Part shown: in pieces, positions 29,153 to 38,500 of the stretch
How the letters are laid out: every line of letters begins with the position of its first letter
Position numbering within the stretch: the first letter of the stretch is position 1
NCBI GenBank assembly: GCA_963793265.1
Contig: CAWBZI010000006.1
Location: 800,001-864,000, forward strand
DNA: 64,000 nt
Direction: 5' to 3'
Source: an uncultured cyanobacterium
GTDB lineage: Bacteria; Cyanobacteriota; Cyanobacteriia; Phormidesmidales; Phormidesmidaceae
The notes under the pieces: generated by a model
Database searches by the model: none
Told to the model about the DNA's origin: nothing
Seen by the model: the letters and a program-made list of their open reading frames with translations, nothing else
Program-made: the position numbers and the translations under genes

Positions 29153-32050
29153 TTATTGAGAAGGAAAATGAGCTAGCACGTAGCTTTGGGTCGCCTGGGC
29201 GGTGGTTAACTCGCCATTTAGCGTTAGATGGTGCACTGTGGTTAGGATGTCTCGAAACTGTGGGCCAGGCTTGTAGCCAAGCTGCTTGAGCACGTCACCA
29301 TTGAGGAGGGGCGGCTGATGGCTAAGCTGAACTATATATTGCCAAATCTGAGGGCCTAGTGTGTAGGGGTGGCGATCGCTCATAAGTAGCAATTCCGACT
29401 GCCCATATTTCTTCAGCAGGCGATAGATTTCGCTGGGCTTCTCCGCATTGGGCAACTGTTTAAGCAGATCGGCTTCCCACAGATGGAGGTGCTTGAGGCG
29501 TTGCTGGCTTTGGGTATCTAGGTGCAGATTAGCCGCGGTGAGCGCACGCGCAGAAGGCTCTAGTTGAGCAATGATTAGCTCTAGCAACATCAACCACTGG
29601 GGCGCTACTGCAGCTAAATAGCTATCGTCAGAATTGACATCAAACTTATTGAGCCAGCGAGTCATTCGTCGGAGCTGTCGCCATATAGCAGGCGTCATTT
29701 CTAAAGAGCTGTGCAGACAGGCAAGCGCGCCCAGCCGAGAGATTTTAGTCAACGAAGCCTCCCAGTGATCAGCGGACAGCAAGTACCTCAGCTCTGCTTT
29801 TAGCCGAGTTTGGAGTGCGGGCGCTTTAGCCTCGTTCGCCTGAGTTTGTTCATACACGCCGCTACTAATGGCGTAGCGGATAAACGTCTCAGTTTGAGAA
29901 TCGATTGAGAAGCCTAATCGCACTGCAAACCGCACTGCTCGAAAAATGCGTGTGGGATCTTCAATGAAGCTATTGGAATGAAGCACACGTATCTGACGCT
30001 GCTGTAAATCTAGCCAGCCGCCGAAGAAGTCTAAGAGCTGTCCCTGCTGTGCACCGTCTCCACTGCCACAATTAAGGCGAATAGCCATGGCATTGAGTGC
30101 AAAGTCACGGCGGTAAAGATCTTGGCGAATGGTACTCGCTTCAACCTCTGGATTAGCGGCTGGGTAGGGATAAAATTCTGTTCGCGCCGTTGCAATATCA
30201 AGCAGGAGTGGATCGTCAGAGCCTACTGAGTGCCAAATTAGCGCAGCCGTTTGGAACTTGCCATGAACTTGAAGCTCGACCTGAGAATAGCGCTGTTGAA
30301 TAGCTTCGGCTAGCGCGACACCAGCTCCTTCGCCTGCCCCATCTACCACTAAATCGATATCCGTTAGCGGGTGAGACTCACGGGCTGAATCTGGCACGAG
30401 ATCGAGCAGTAGATCGCGCACGCCACCGCCTACTAGATAAATCGCCCAGCCTTTTTGATCAGCAATATCAGCTATCAGCATGAGCGCTGGCCATATTTCC
30501 GAAAGGCGCGCTTCGAGCTGTTGAAAGAGCGTTTGAGCTGAGGGCGGACGGCTCAGAGAAGAGGGACGATAGATGGAGGTTGCAGGCGCGTCTTCTAGAT
30601 CGCGTGACGATTTGACAGTCACTTCAGGACGTGGGCCCTCGACACTGTTGTGGTCTTGATGTGCTTGATGAAGCTGTCTGAGCAGGTCTGTTCTGGTGAC
30701 AATGCCGACCAGCCGACCCTGGTCGAGCACTGGCAATCGACCGATGTCATAGGTCGTCATCAGGTCTTGAATGTCGGTTACAAAAGTCTGTGGCTCTATA
30801 CTCTTTATCTGACGGCTCATACAGCCTGTAACAGGCGCGTGGCCTAAACCATGGCGAAGCGACACGTCAATATCGCGACGGGAGATCAGGCCGAGCAGTT
30901 TGCCTGACTCGTCAACAACGCAAAGGCCCGTGTGGCCGTAGCGCAATAAGATGCGTTGCGCTTCGTCTATAGACGTTTTGGGTAATACGGTACGCACAGG
31001 TGAGGACATAATCAACCGGGCGCTTGGCGGCTGAGGCACCTGATCGCGCACTGCCTTTAGAGCAGATTCAAACAGGTCGTTGATGGCTGCTTCATCTGTA
31101 TCTAAGACGGCTGAGGCTGCCTGGGCATGACCGCCGCCGCCTAAGGCTTCAAAAATTGGGCTGAGATCGATACTGCTTTGGGGCAGCAGTGGATTGGCGT
31201 GCGATCGCCCAATTACCACAGCCTTATAGGTCTGCTTTTGAGCCTGCTGCGTCTCTTTTACATACATCGCGCTCAGCAAAAGCGTATCTAGATTGAGCAT
31301 CGCGATTAGATGTTCTGTTAGCCCAGAGAGCCCTGGGACGAAGTGAGCTGTCTTCAGCTGCACCCAGCCTAGATAATGGCCCCGCACATGCTCCGTCTGG
31401 ATAGCATCTAGCGCTTCACTCAGCAAAGACTGTAGCTTTGGCGATAGCCCAGGTTCTCTGTTATCGGCGATAACCTGTTGGTTCGCGCCCTGACGCATCA
31501 GCCAGGCGAGTGCTTCAGCGTCGCGAACTGTCGCCTGCTCAAATCCGAGAGAGCCTGTATCGCTGTGAATACCTAAGGCCATCACTGTCGCCTCAGAAGA
31601 GTTGATGGGAATAGATTGCAATCGCAATGCTTCCGTAATCAAGGTTGTAGCTGCACCTACCGCCTCTAGATGGGCCTCCGCTGAGGGCAATTCAGCGAGT
31701 TGGTCTGAGGACTCTGAACTGTTATCTAAGTCGTGGTGATCGTAGACGTAGATAGGTAGGTTCAACTGTTTGGCTTGGGTAAACCAATCGCTGACAGGGG
31801 AGAAGCGATCGGGGCTACTGGCATCTACTAGCGTGAGCGATCGCACGTGATCAAAATCTACCGCCTTGCGATCAATCAGCGGATATTCATCTCGCCAAAT
31901 AGCGAGAAACGACTGCACCGTTGGATGAGCCCCGCCGGTGAGCACAATGCGGCTACCCGGACGAAGCAAAGCCGCACCCACCGCCGCGCCTAGCGTGTCA
32001 AAGTCAGCAGTCGTGTGGCATAGAACCAAATGCATAAAATCTGAAGCCAT
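29153..32050 (-). CDS. DHH-CBS-nucleotidyltransferase, A-adding tRNA nucleotidyltransferase type
   Basis: CHTTADFD, DHH, GGGH, two CBS domains, VGGGVRD, DIDLVV, RRDF, EDPTRIFRAVRF. Confidence 0.88.
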   Translation of the reverse strand: MASDFMHLVLCHTTADFDTLGAAVGAALLRPGSRIVLTGGAHPTVQSFLAIWRDEYPLIDRKAVDFDHVRSLTLVDASSPDRFSPVSDWFTQAKQLNLPIYVYDHHDLDNSSESSDQLAELPSAEAHLEAVGAATTLITEALRLQSIPINSSEATVMALGIHSDTGSLGFEQATVRDAEALAWLMRQGANQQVIADNREPGLSPKLQSLLSEALDAIQTEHVRGHYLGWVQLKTAHFVPGLSGLTEHLIAMLNLDTLLLSAMYVKETQQAQKQTYKAVVIGRSHANPLLPQSSIDLSPIFEALGGGGHAQAASAVLDTDEAAINDLFESALKAVRDQVPQPPSARLIMSSPVRTVLPKTSIDEAQRILLRYGHTGLCVVDESGKLLGLISRRDIDVSLRHGLGHAPVTGCMSRQIKSIEPQTFVTDIQDLMTTYDIGRLPVLDQGRLVGIVTRTDLLRQLHQAHQDHNSVEGPRPEVTVKSSRDLEDAPATSIYRPSSLSRPPSAQTLFQQLEARLSEIWPALMLIADIADQKGWAIYLVGGGVRDLLLDLVPDSARESHPLTDIDLVVDGAGEGAGVALAEAIQQRYSQVELQVHGKFQTAALIWHSVGSDDPLLLDIATARTEFYPYPAANPEVEASTIRQDLYRRDFALNAMAIRLNCGSGDGAQQGQLLDFFGGWLDLQQRQIRVLHSNSFIEDPTRIFRAVRFAVRLGFSIDSQTETFIRYAISSGVYEQTQANEAKAPALQTRLKAELRYLLSADHWEASLTKISRLGALACLHSSLEMTPAIWRQLRRMTRWLNKFDVNSDDSYLAAVAPQWLMLLELIIAQLEPSARALTAANLHLDTQSQQRLKHLHLWEADLLKQLPNAEKPSEIYRLLKKYGQSELLLMSDRHPYTLGPQIWQYIVQLSHQPPLLNGDVLKQLGYKPGPQFRDILTTVHHLTLNGELTTAQATQSYVLAHFPSQ

Positions 32051-32159
32051 AGAATTGGAGATATCAGCGGCAGGTTTTTAGTAAAAGTCTTTTGGCAAGG
32101 GCACTGATTTTTGATAGCGTACATATAAGTGTTGTAAGCGTTTTGAGAGTACGAAGATC

Positions 32160-32348
32160 ATGTCTGTAATTTTTCAGCTAACCCTGTTTGTTTTAGTGCT
32201 TTGGTCCTTCGTTATGATCATAGGCGTTCCGGTCGCCTACGCCTCACCTAGCAACTGGGAACAGTCTAAGCGTTTGATTTTCTTAGGCTCAATCGTTTGG
32301 GGCGTGCTGGTCGTGCTGGTCGGTGGACTCAACTATTTAGTTGTATAG
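32160..32348 (+). CDS. psbZ: Photosystem II protein PsbZ
   Basis: 62 aa, two TM helices, [12 protein letters not shown]. Confidence 0.95.
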   Translation: MSVIFQLTLFVLVLWSFVMIIGVPVAYASPSNWEQSKRLIFLGSIVWGVLVVLVGGLNYLVV

Positions 32349-32433
32349 TCCAAGCCGATAGACTTCAGTCGAACCTAAGCGCACTTAGCGTTCAGAATCT
32401 TGTTCAATTTCCATCCTCATTACGTAAGTCTTT

Positions 32434-32988
32434 ATGGCAGTTTTCGAAGGCAATTTTACTCAAACAGGCTCCATGAAGTTTGCCTTCGTGATCGGCAGGT
32501 TCAACGACTTGGTGACCACTAAGCTGCTCGAAGGCGCTCAGGATTGTCTTAAGCGCCATGGAATAGACGTCAATCCTCACGGCACTCAGGTTGACTACTT
32601 TTGGGTGCCCGGTAGCTTTGAGGTGCCTACAGTCGCAAGACAAGCGGCTTTGAGCGGGCGTTACAGTGCCATTATTTGCCTGGGGGCTGTGATTCGGGGC
32701 CAAACGCCGCACTTTGACTATGTGGCCGGAGAGGTTGCTAAAGGCATCGCAGCGGCTAGTTTTCAGACGGGCGTGCCGGTTGTATTCGGCGTGCTGACGA
32801 CCGATTCTATGCAGCAGGCACTTGAGAGAGCGGGTATCAAGAGCAACCTGGGTTGGAACTACGCAATGAGTGCACTAGAAATGGCGAGCCTGATGCCTCA
32901 GGTTCTTAGCGGTGAGGTAGCGAATGCAAGCAATGGGATTGCGGGCAATCAATCGCCCATGCTAACGATGTCAGCCGAGCCTGTCTAG
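32434..32988 (+). CDS. ribH: 6,7-dimethyl-8-ribityllumazine synthase
   Basis: [35 protein letters not shown]. Confidence 0.96.
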   Translation: MAVFEGNFTQTGSMKFAFVIGRFNDLVTTKLLEGAQDCLKRHGIDVNPHGTQVDYFWVPGSFEVPTVARQAALSGRYSAIICLGAVIRGQTPHFDYVAGEVAKGIAAASFQTGVPVVFGVLTTDSMQQALERAGIKSNLGWNYAMSALEMASLMPQVLSGEVANASNGIAGNQSPMLTMSAEPV

Positions 32989-33042
32989 CCCTACTGGTTT
33001 AGCTCTGTCGATTTACGCTCAAAAAATTATCTTTGAGGGCTA

Positions 33043-33071
33043 TTGACAAACCCTTGTTAATTTGCGACAGT
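33043..33071 (+). promoter_or_regulatory. Putative sigma70-type promoter of tRNA-Gly
   Basis: TTGACA at 33043, 17 bp spacer, then TGnGACAGT. Confidence 0.5.
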
Positions 33072-33092
33072 GATTGAACGTCAAAAAGACAC

Positions 33093-33164
33093 GCGGATGT
33101 AGCTCAGTGGTAGAGCGCGACCTTGCCAAGGTCGATGTCGAGAGTTCGAATCTCTTCATCCGCT
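33093..33164 (+). tRNA. tRNA-Gly(GCC), CCA not encoded
   Basis: Cloverleaf: GCGGATG/CATCCGC acceptor, GCTC/GAGC D-arm, CGACC-TTGCCAA-GGTCG, TTCGAAT T-loop. Confidence 0.97.
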
Positions 33165-33250
33165 TTTTAGGTTTAAGTATTTGGAAGTCTCATCTTCTAA
33201 ACAGTAAGCACTTATAAAACAAGCTAATAAAGCAAGCTATTTTTTTAAAG

Positions 33251-33297
33251 ACGCTAATGCCTTAAGCAATACATGGGCATTAGCGTTTACTTATTTT
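33251..33297 (+). terminator. Hairpin/terminator downstream of the tRNA
   Basis: ACGCTAATGCC/GGCATTAGCGT followed by T-rich sequence. Confidence 0.6.
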
Positions 33298-33310
33298 AAA
33301 GTGGGGGTAG

Positions 33311-33724
33311 ATGCTGGTGGAACGACCCGTGCACTCAAAAGAAAAACAGACGCTGGATTTTGATCAGACATATCCCTGTCCGGCTTGCCGTCATGGTGTG
33401 CTGGTGCCAATTACCTTGACTGAGGCTTGGGGGTGTGATCGCTGTAAGCAAATCTTTGAGCAAAGAGAGGAACCCAATACCGTTGGCAAGCTAGCAACCC
33501 CTTACCACCGGCAGCGTACCTGGCGATGGAACGGTAAGCAGTGGGTTATGGGCCGTAAATTTGTCAAGCCCAAAGCCATCAACGCAGTGACTATTGGGGC
33601 GCTCTCGGTTGTGCTGATTTGGTTTGTAGTAAGCCGAATCACGACATCAAGCGCTTTAATATTAGGAATACTCGCATTAATACTGCTTTTAGTTGTAATG
33701 TTTTGGGTGTTGCGGCAGCGCTAG
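33311..33724 (+). CDS. Zinc-ribbon protein with two C-terminal TM helices
   Basis: CPAC...CDRC, WRWNGKQW, hydrophobic C-terminus. Confidence 0.75.
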   Translation: MLVERPVHSKEKQTLDFDQTYPCPACRHGVLVPITLTEAWGCDRCKQIFEQREEPNTVGKLATPYHRQRTWRWNGKQWVMGRKFVKPKAINAVTIGALSVVLIWFVVSRITTSSALILGILALILLLVVMFWVLRQR

Positions 33725-33728
33725 ATGA

Positions 33729-34985
33729 ATGGCCCTATCTTCGTTTGATCTTACAGCGGCACTTGCGGATGTCCGTAAAGCGACCGAGCAGCTTAGTACG
33801 GCCGATTGCTCGGCTGATTTATGCTCCAAGGCGCTAGCCGCCATGGGCAAAACGATTGCTGAGCACCAAGACGACATTTTAGAAGCGAATACGCTGGATC
33901 TTGAAATTAGTCGGGATATGGCGGTACCTGAGCTGGTAGTTGACTGGCTAAAGCTGACGCCTGAGCGAGTGCAGACAGCCGCGAGTATTTTTCAAAGGCT
34001 GGCGTTAATGGGCGCAACGCTGCCATCATCTAGTCGCGAAGATGGCACTAATGCTTACTACCGCACCTGCCCGGTTGGGGTGGTGGGGTTTATCTATGAG
34101 GCATTTCCTGATTTGGGTGCGATCGCTGCTGCCCTCTCTATTCGCACTGGCAACGCGTTGGTTCTCAAAGGCGGCAGCGAGGCTAGCCACACCAATCAAG
34201 TCATTGCGGGCCTGCTACAAGACGCTTTAGCGCAAAGCGGCCTACCGAGCGCGCTCATATTTCCGATTGCATCTACCGCAGAAGTCTCGCGAGTAGAATT
34301 TTCTCAGTGCTCAGGCATAGATTTGATTATCCCTCACGGTCGGCCTAGCCTAGTCGAACAAGTCGTAAAGCACTCTAGCGTGCCTGTCATCCCTTCTAGG
34401 ATGGGGAATTGCTATTTGTATTGGTCAGCAAGCGGTAGCTTAGAGCAGGTTTACCAGATGATTGCCGAAAGTCATTTGGGCACGCCTGATGCGGTTAATC
34501 GAATCGAAAAGATATTACTGCACGAGTCTCACAGCGAAAACTCAGTGACACGGCTATGGAATCGACTGCTAGAAAACAAGTTCAAAGTGAAAGCAGACGA
34601 ATCTATCATCCGCTGGCAAAGTTCGACCCATACGCCAGATACCGCCTTAGAAACAGTAGCCACCAATGAGTGGGATACCGCTTACTTACAAAGGACAGTC
34701 GCCTTTCGGCAGGTTAAAAACAGTGCTGCCGCCATTCGCTGGATTAATACGCACAGTAGCGGTCATGCCGATAGCATCGTGACTACTGACTATACCGAAA
34801 GTCGAAAGTTCATTAGCCGCTGTCGAAGCGCTTCCGTGTACATCAACGCGTCACCACGATTTGTTCGCAATGCTAAGCAAACTGAAGAGATCTCGATAGG
34901 AGCCTCAGACTATAAAGATGCTGGCGGTGGGCTAATTGGGATGTCGGTGATGCAGGCGCGTCAGCGTATATTTCATAGCTGCTAA
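33729..34985 (+). CDS. Gamma-glutamyl phosphate reductase-like (ProA2-type), catalytic Cys apparently missing
   Basis: PVGVVGFIYE, GNALVLKGGSEA, HSSGHADSI, VYINASPRF. Confidence 0.8.
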   Translation: MALSSFDLTAALADVRKATEQLSTADCSADLCSKALAAMGKTIAEHQDDILEANTLDLEISRDMAVPELVVDWLKLTPERVQTAASIFQRLALMGATLPSSSREDGTNAYYRTCPVGVVGFIYEAFPDLGAIAAALSIRTGNALVLKGGSEASHTNQVIAGLLQDALAQSGLPSALIFPIASTAEVSRVEFSQCSGIDLIIPHGRPSLVEQVVKHSSVPVIPSRMGNCYLYWSASGSLEQVYQMIAESHLGTPDAVNRIEKILLHESHSENSVTRLWNRLLENKFKVKADESIIRWQSSTHTPDTALETVATNEWDTAYLQRTVAFRQVKNSAAAIRWINTHSSGHADSIVTTDYTESRKFISRCRSASVYINASPRFVRNAKQTEEISIGASDYKDAGGGLIGMSVMQARQRIFHSC

Positions 34986-35038
34986 GGGCCGTGATTGATG
35001 TGCTTTTGTAATCACTAGCTGCAACCATTGAATTTTAG

Positions 35039-35086
35039 TCAAACAAAAAAGCCCTGCTATTTTATCGGCAGGGCTTTTTTGTTTGA
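35039..35086. terminator. Bidirectional terminator between proA-like and desC
   Basis: 19-bp inverted repeat TCAAACAAAAAAGCCCTGC/GCAGGGCTTTTTTGTTTGA. Confidence 0.9.
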
Positions 35087-35106
35087 TTGCTCATGGAAGC
35101 TTCGGA

Positions 35107-35940
35107 CTAAAGCGCCTGGCTGGGTCGCTGCGCTTTAGCTAGCTTAACTTTGTCTGCTAGGCCCAAGGCTTGAAGCGTCCGAATAATCATCCAGGTAACG
35201 TCGATCTCCCACCATTGGAGGCCGTGGCGAGCTGAGTACTGATAAGCATGGTGGTTGTTGTGCCAGCCTTCACCAAACGTACAGAGGGCTACCCACCAGC
35301 AGTTGGTGGAATGATCGCCTGACTCGTAAGTGCGATAGCCAAACTTGTGAGTGGCGCTGTTGACGAACCAGGTAAAGTGGTAAACCACAACCAGGCGAAC
35401 GAAAATGCCCCACACAACGAAAGACCAGCCGCCAAGCGCATAGAGCACTGCGCCCAAAGCAAACTGAAGCAGCAAGAAGTAATCATCGACGAAGTTGTAA
35501 ACCGGGTCTTCGTTGATGTCTTGAGTGAACTTACGAATTTCAGACTTTGCAGGCACATCATGCAGCAGCCAGCCCATGTGGCTCCACCAAAACCCACGGC
35601 GGGAATTGTGGTGATCTTCTTTTTGATCGGAGAAGGCGTGGTGATGGCGGTGCAGTCCAATCCATTCGATTGCGCCACTCTGGCAAGAGAGAGCGCCACA
35701 GATAAGGAAGAAGTACTCTAGCCACTGCGGCACTCTAAAGCTGCGGTGAGAAATGAGCCGGTGCCAGCCCAATGTAATTCCTAGACAGCCTGTGATCCAG
35801 TAGAGTATGAAAGCTGCACCCACGGCCCCCCAACTAAAGTTAGCGGGCACCAGCGCGAACAACGCCCCGATATGAATGGCCACCATAAATAGGATGATGG
35901 GCCAGTTGAGCGGACGGTCAGATGATTTTGCAATAGTCAT
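35107..35940 (-). CDS. desC: Delta-9 acyl-lipid desaturase
   Basis: His boxes HRLISH, HRHHH, HNNHH; GEGW. Confidence 0.92.
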   Translation of the reverse strand: MTIAKSSDRPLNWPIILFMVAIHIGALFALVPANFSWGAVGAAFILYWITGCLGITLGWHRLISHRSFRVPQWLEYFFLICGALSCQSGAIEWIGLHRHHHAFSDQKEDHHNSRRGFWWSHMGWLLHDVPAKSEIRKFTQDINEDPVYNFVDDYFLLLQFALGAVLYALGGWSFVVWGIFVRLVVVYHFTWFVNSATHKFGYRTYESGDHSTNCWWVALCTFGEGWHNNHHAYQYSARHGLQWWEIDVTWMIIRTLQALGLADKVKLAKAQRPSQAL

Positions 35941-36058
35941 TTAAAGTTTCAGCACAAAATGTTTGGGCTTGTGATCGGATGAATCGCTTACGAATCGCTG
36001 AAACGCGAGACGGGATGAGAGCGAAACTAAAAGACATTACAGTTTAAAAGGAACAACC

Positions 36059-37279
36059 GTGTCAGCGCAATTAGAGTCTTCATCACTCCAAATTTTTTAT
36101 CAGATTGACACGCAGGTCAAAAAAAACTTGGCTAAGGTTCTAGCAGCGTTTAGAGCCTACCGGGTAGGGACTCACCATTTTGCCAGCGTATCTGGCTATG
36201 GACATGATGATTTGGGCAGAGAAGTACTCGATAAAGTATTTGCCCAAATCGTTGAGGCCGAGGCCGCTGCTGTCAGGATTCAGTTTGTCTCGGGCACTCA
36301 TGCGATCGCTTGCGCGTTGTATGGCGTGCTCAGACCCGGTGATGAAATGCTAGCGATAGCAGGCCCTCCATACGACACCCTCGAAGAGGTGATCGGCACC
36401 CGAGGAAACGGGCAGGGATCGCTCAAAGAGTTTGGCGTTCACTATCGAGAGCTGCCGCTTACGCAAGAAGGTAACGTAAATTTTGACGAGCTGGCCAGTT
36501 CTATAAGTAAAAAAACTAAGCTTGTCTTAATTCAGCGATCCTGCGGATATAGCTGGCGTTCTAGCCTCAGCATTCATAATATTAACAAAATTATACAATT
36601 AGTTAAGCAACAAAACCCAAATACAATATGTTTTGTTGATAATTGCTACGGAGAATTTACCGAGGAGCGAGAGCCTACGGCGGTTGGAGCCGATTTGATG
36701 GCGGGTTCACTGATCAAAAACCCAGGTGGCACGATTGTAACGACCGGGGGATACGTAGCCGGACGAGCGGATCTAGTCGAGGCTGCCGCCTGTCGGCTTA
36801 CAGCTCCGGGGATTGGCAGTAGCGGTGGGGCGACGCTAGATCAGAGTCGGCTGATGTTTCAGGGGCTTTTTTTGGCACCGCAAATGGTCGGGGAGGCCAT
36901 GAAGGGCAACTATCTATCGGCACTGACGTTCGAGCAGCTTGGGTATGAGGTGAATCCACCAAGTTCAGTGGTACAGCGCGAGGTGATTGGGGCTATTAAG
37001 CTGGGCTCCGCTGAGAAGCTGATTGCATTTTGTCAGGCGGTGCAAAAGCATTCGCCGGTAGAGTCTTATGTGAGCCCGATACCAGCGGCAATGCCAGGAT
37101 ATGACTCCGAGCTTGTGATGGCGGGGGGATCTTTTATTGACGGGAGCACTTCGGAGCTATCGGCAGACGGGCCTTTGCGGGAGCCCTATGTGGTGTATTG
37201 CCAGGGGGGAACGCACTGGACGCATATGGCGATCGCACTCGAAGCCGCCGCTGCTGCTATCGGCCACAACAAGTCTTAA
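36059..37279 (+). CDS. PLP-dependent methionine gamma-lyase family / aluminium-resistance (YnbB-like) protein
   Basis: GYGHDDLGR, VSGTHAI, QRSCGY, DNCYGEF, GSLIKNPGG, GSTSELSADG. Confidence 0.88.
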   Translation: MSAQLESSSLQIFYQIDTQVKKNLAKVLAAFRAYRVGTHHFASVSGYGHDDLGREVLDKVFAQIVEAEAAAVRIQFVSGTHAIACALYGVLRPGDEMLAIAGPPYDTLEEVIGTRGNGQGSLKEFGVHYRELPLTQEGNVNFDELASSISKKTKLVLIQRSCGYSWRSSLSIHNINKIIQLVKQQNPNTICFVDNCYGEFTEEREPTAVGADLMAGSLIKNPGGTIVTTGGYVAGRADLVEAAACRLTAPGIGSSGGATLDQSRLMFQGLFLAPQMVGEAMKGNYLSALTFEQLGYEVNPPSSVVQREVIGAIKLGSAEKLIAFCQAVQKHSPVESYVSPIPAAMPGYDSELVMAGGSFIDGSTSELSADGPLREPYVVYCQGGTHWTHMAIALEAAAAAIGHNKS

Positions 37280-37318
37280 GCTCAAACAAACCCTAGAAGG
37301 AAGTAGTCAGGCAAAACA

Positions 37319-37352
37319 ATAGGGAGATCTGCGCTTTGGCAAACCTCCCTAT
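37319..37352. terminator. Hairpin between convergent genes
   Basis: ATAGGGAG/CTCCCTAT stem. Confidence 0.55.
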
Positions 37353-37378
37353 AAAGTGATGCATTTAGACTAAATTTC

Positions 37379-37552
37379 TCAAGCAGCTTCCGATGAAGGT
37401 ATTGAGAAGTTCAGTGCAATATATTCTGGGCGACAGGCAAAGATTGTTTGGCCGTCTACCCGCATCAATGAAACACTAACTGGACTGGCCTCAAGAATTC
37501 TGTAGTAATACCCTTCGTGAGACTTTAGGATTTCGCCTGCTCTAATGTTCAT
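37379..37552 (-). CDS. Unannotated 57-aa protein
   Basis: Own translation: MNIRAGEILKSHEGYYYRILEASPVSVSLMRVDGQTIFACRPEYIALNFSIPSSEAA; hairpin follows the stop. Confidence 0.55.
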   Translation of the reverse strand: MNIRAGEILKSHEGYYYRILEASPVSVSLMRVDGQTIFACRPEYIALNFSIPSSEAA

Positions 37553-37814
37553 TTTGATGCACCGCGCAGTTGCTTTTCAAAACAGTGACGTTTCAGGAGT
37601 GTTTCAGGAACCCCACGTAATATATATACGGAGATACACACGCATTGGATGTGATCTGACTCACCCATAAAGCCTGCGTGTTAGATTTAATACTTTCTTT
37701 ATTATTTGGGTATGGGTGAGCAAATAGCGTCAAATGCATACACTGACTATCTATTAGGCGTATGATTGGTAGCATCTGCTCGCTTCATCTGAACTTCAAA
37801 GTTTGTCCAAAATT

Positions 37815-38459
37815 ATGATTACGGTTGCTCTACCAAAAGGTTCACTTCTCAAAGAGAGCATTTGCTTATTAAAGTCCGTTGGACTAAATTTTGAAGGCTT
37901 TTTAGAGAGCGGTAACCGGCAGCTACAAATTACAGACAGTAGCGGTCAGGCTAAAGGATTGCTAGTGAGAGCAAAAGACGTGCCTGTCTATGTGGAATAC
38001 GGTCAGGCGCAGCTAGGGATTGTTGGCTATGACGTTTTACGTGAGAAAAAGCCTAAAGTAGCGCATTTAGCCGACCTAGAGTTTGGCGGCTGTCGGCTGT
38101 CGGTAGCTGTCGCCAAAAGCAGTGGCTATCAGTCGGCGTTAGATCTGCCGCCGCACTGCCGGGTAGCGTCTACTTCCGTCAATAGTGCTCGTGAGTTTTT
38201 TCAGTCTATTGATTTGGCGGTGGAGATTGTGCCCTTGTCAGGATCGGTTGAGCTGGGGCCAATTACGGGAATGTCGGAGGCCATTGTCGATTTGGTTTCG
38301 ACGGGCACTACGCTTAAGCAAAATAATTTGGTTGAGCTAGATGTGCTCTATCACAGCACCGCTCGACTGATTGCGCATCCACTGAGCTATCGCATTAATA
38401 ACGATGGACTTGATGACATCGTTGAACGGCTGCGGGTGTCGGCTGAGATAACGCGTTAG
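37815..38459 (+). CDS. hisG: ATP phosphoribosyltransferase, short form
   Basis: [30 protein letters not shown]. Confidence 0.93.
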   Translation: MITVALPKGSLLKESICLLKSVGLNFEGFLESGNRQLQITDSSGQAKGLLVRAKDVPVYVEYGQAQLGIVGYDVLREKKPKVAHLADLEFGGCRLSVAVAKSSGYQSALDLPPHCRVASTSVNSAREFFQSIDLAVEIVPLSGSVELGPITGMSEAIVDLVSTGTTLKQNNLVELDVLYHSTARLIAHPLSYRINNDGLDDIVERLRVSAEITR

Positions 38460-38500
38460 AGTATATAACTCTTGAGTTAAAGATTAGGTATGTCGGTGTA

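Noticed and set aside
37593..37775. 60-aa minus-strand ORF
   Set aside because: AT-rich promoter-like DNA with no coding signal; the 37379..37552 frame is more plausible.
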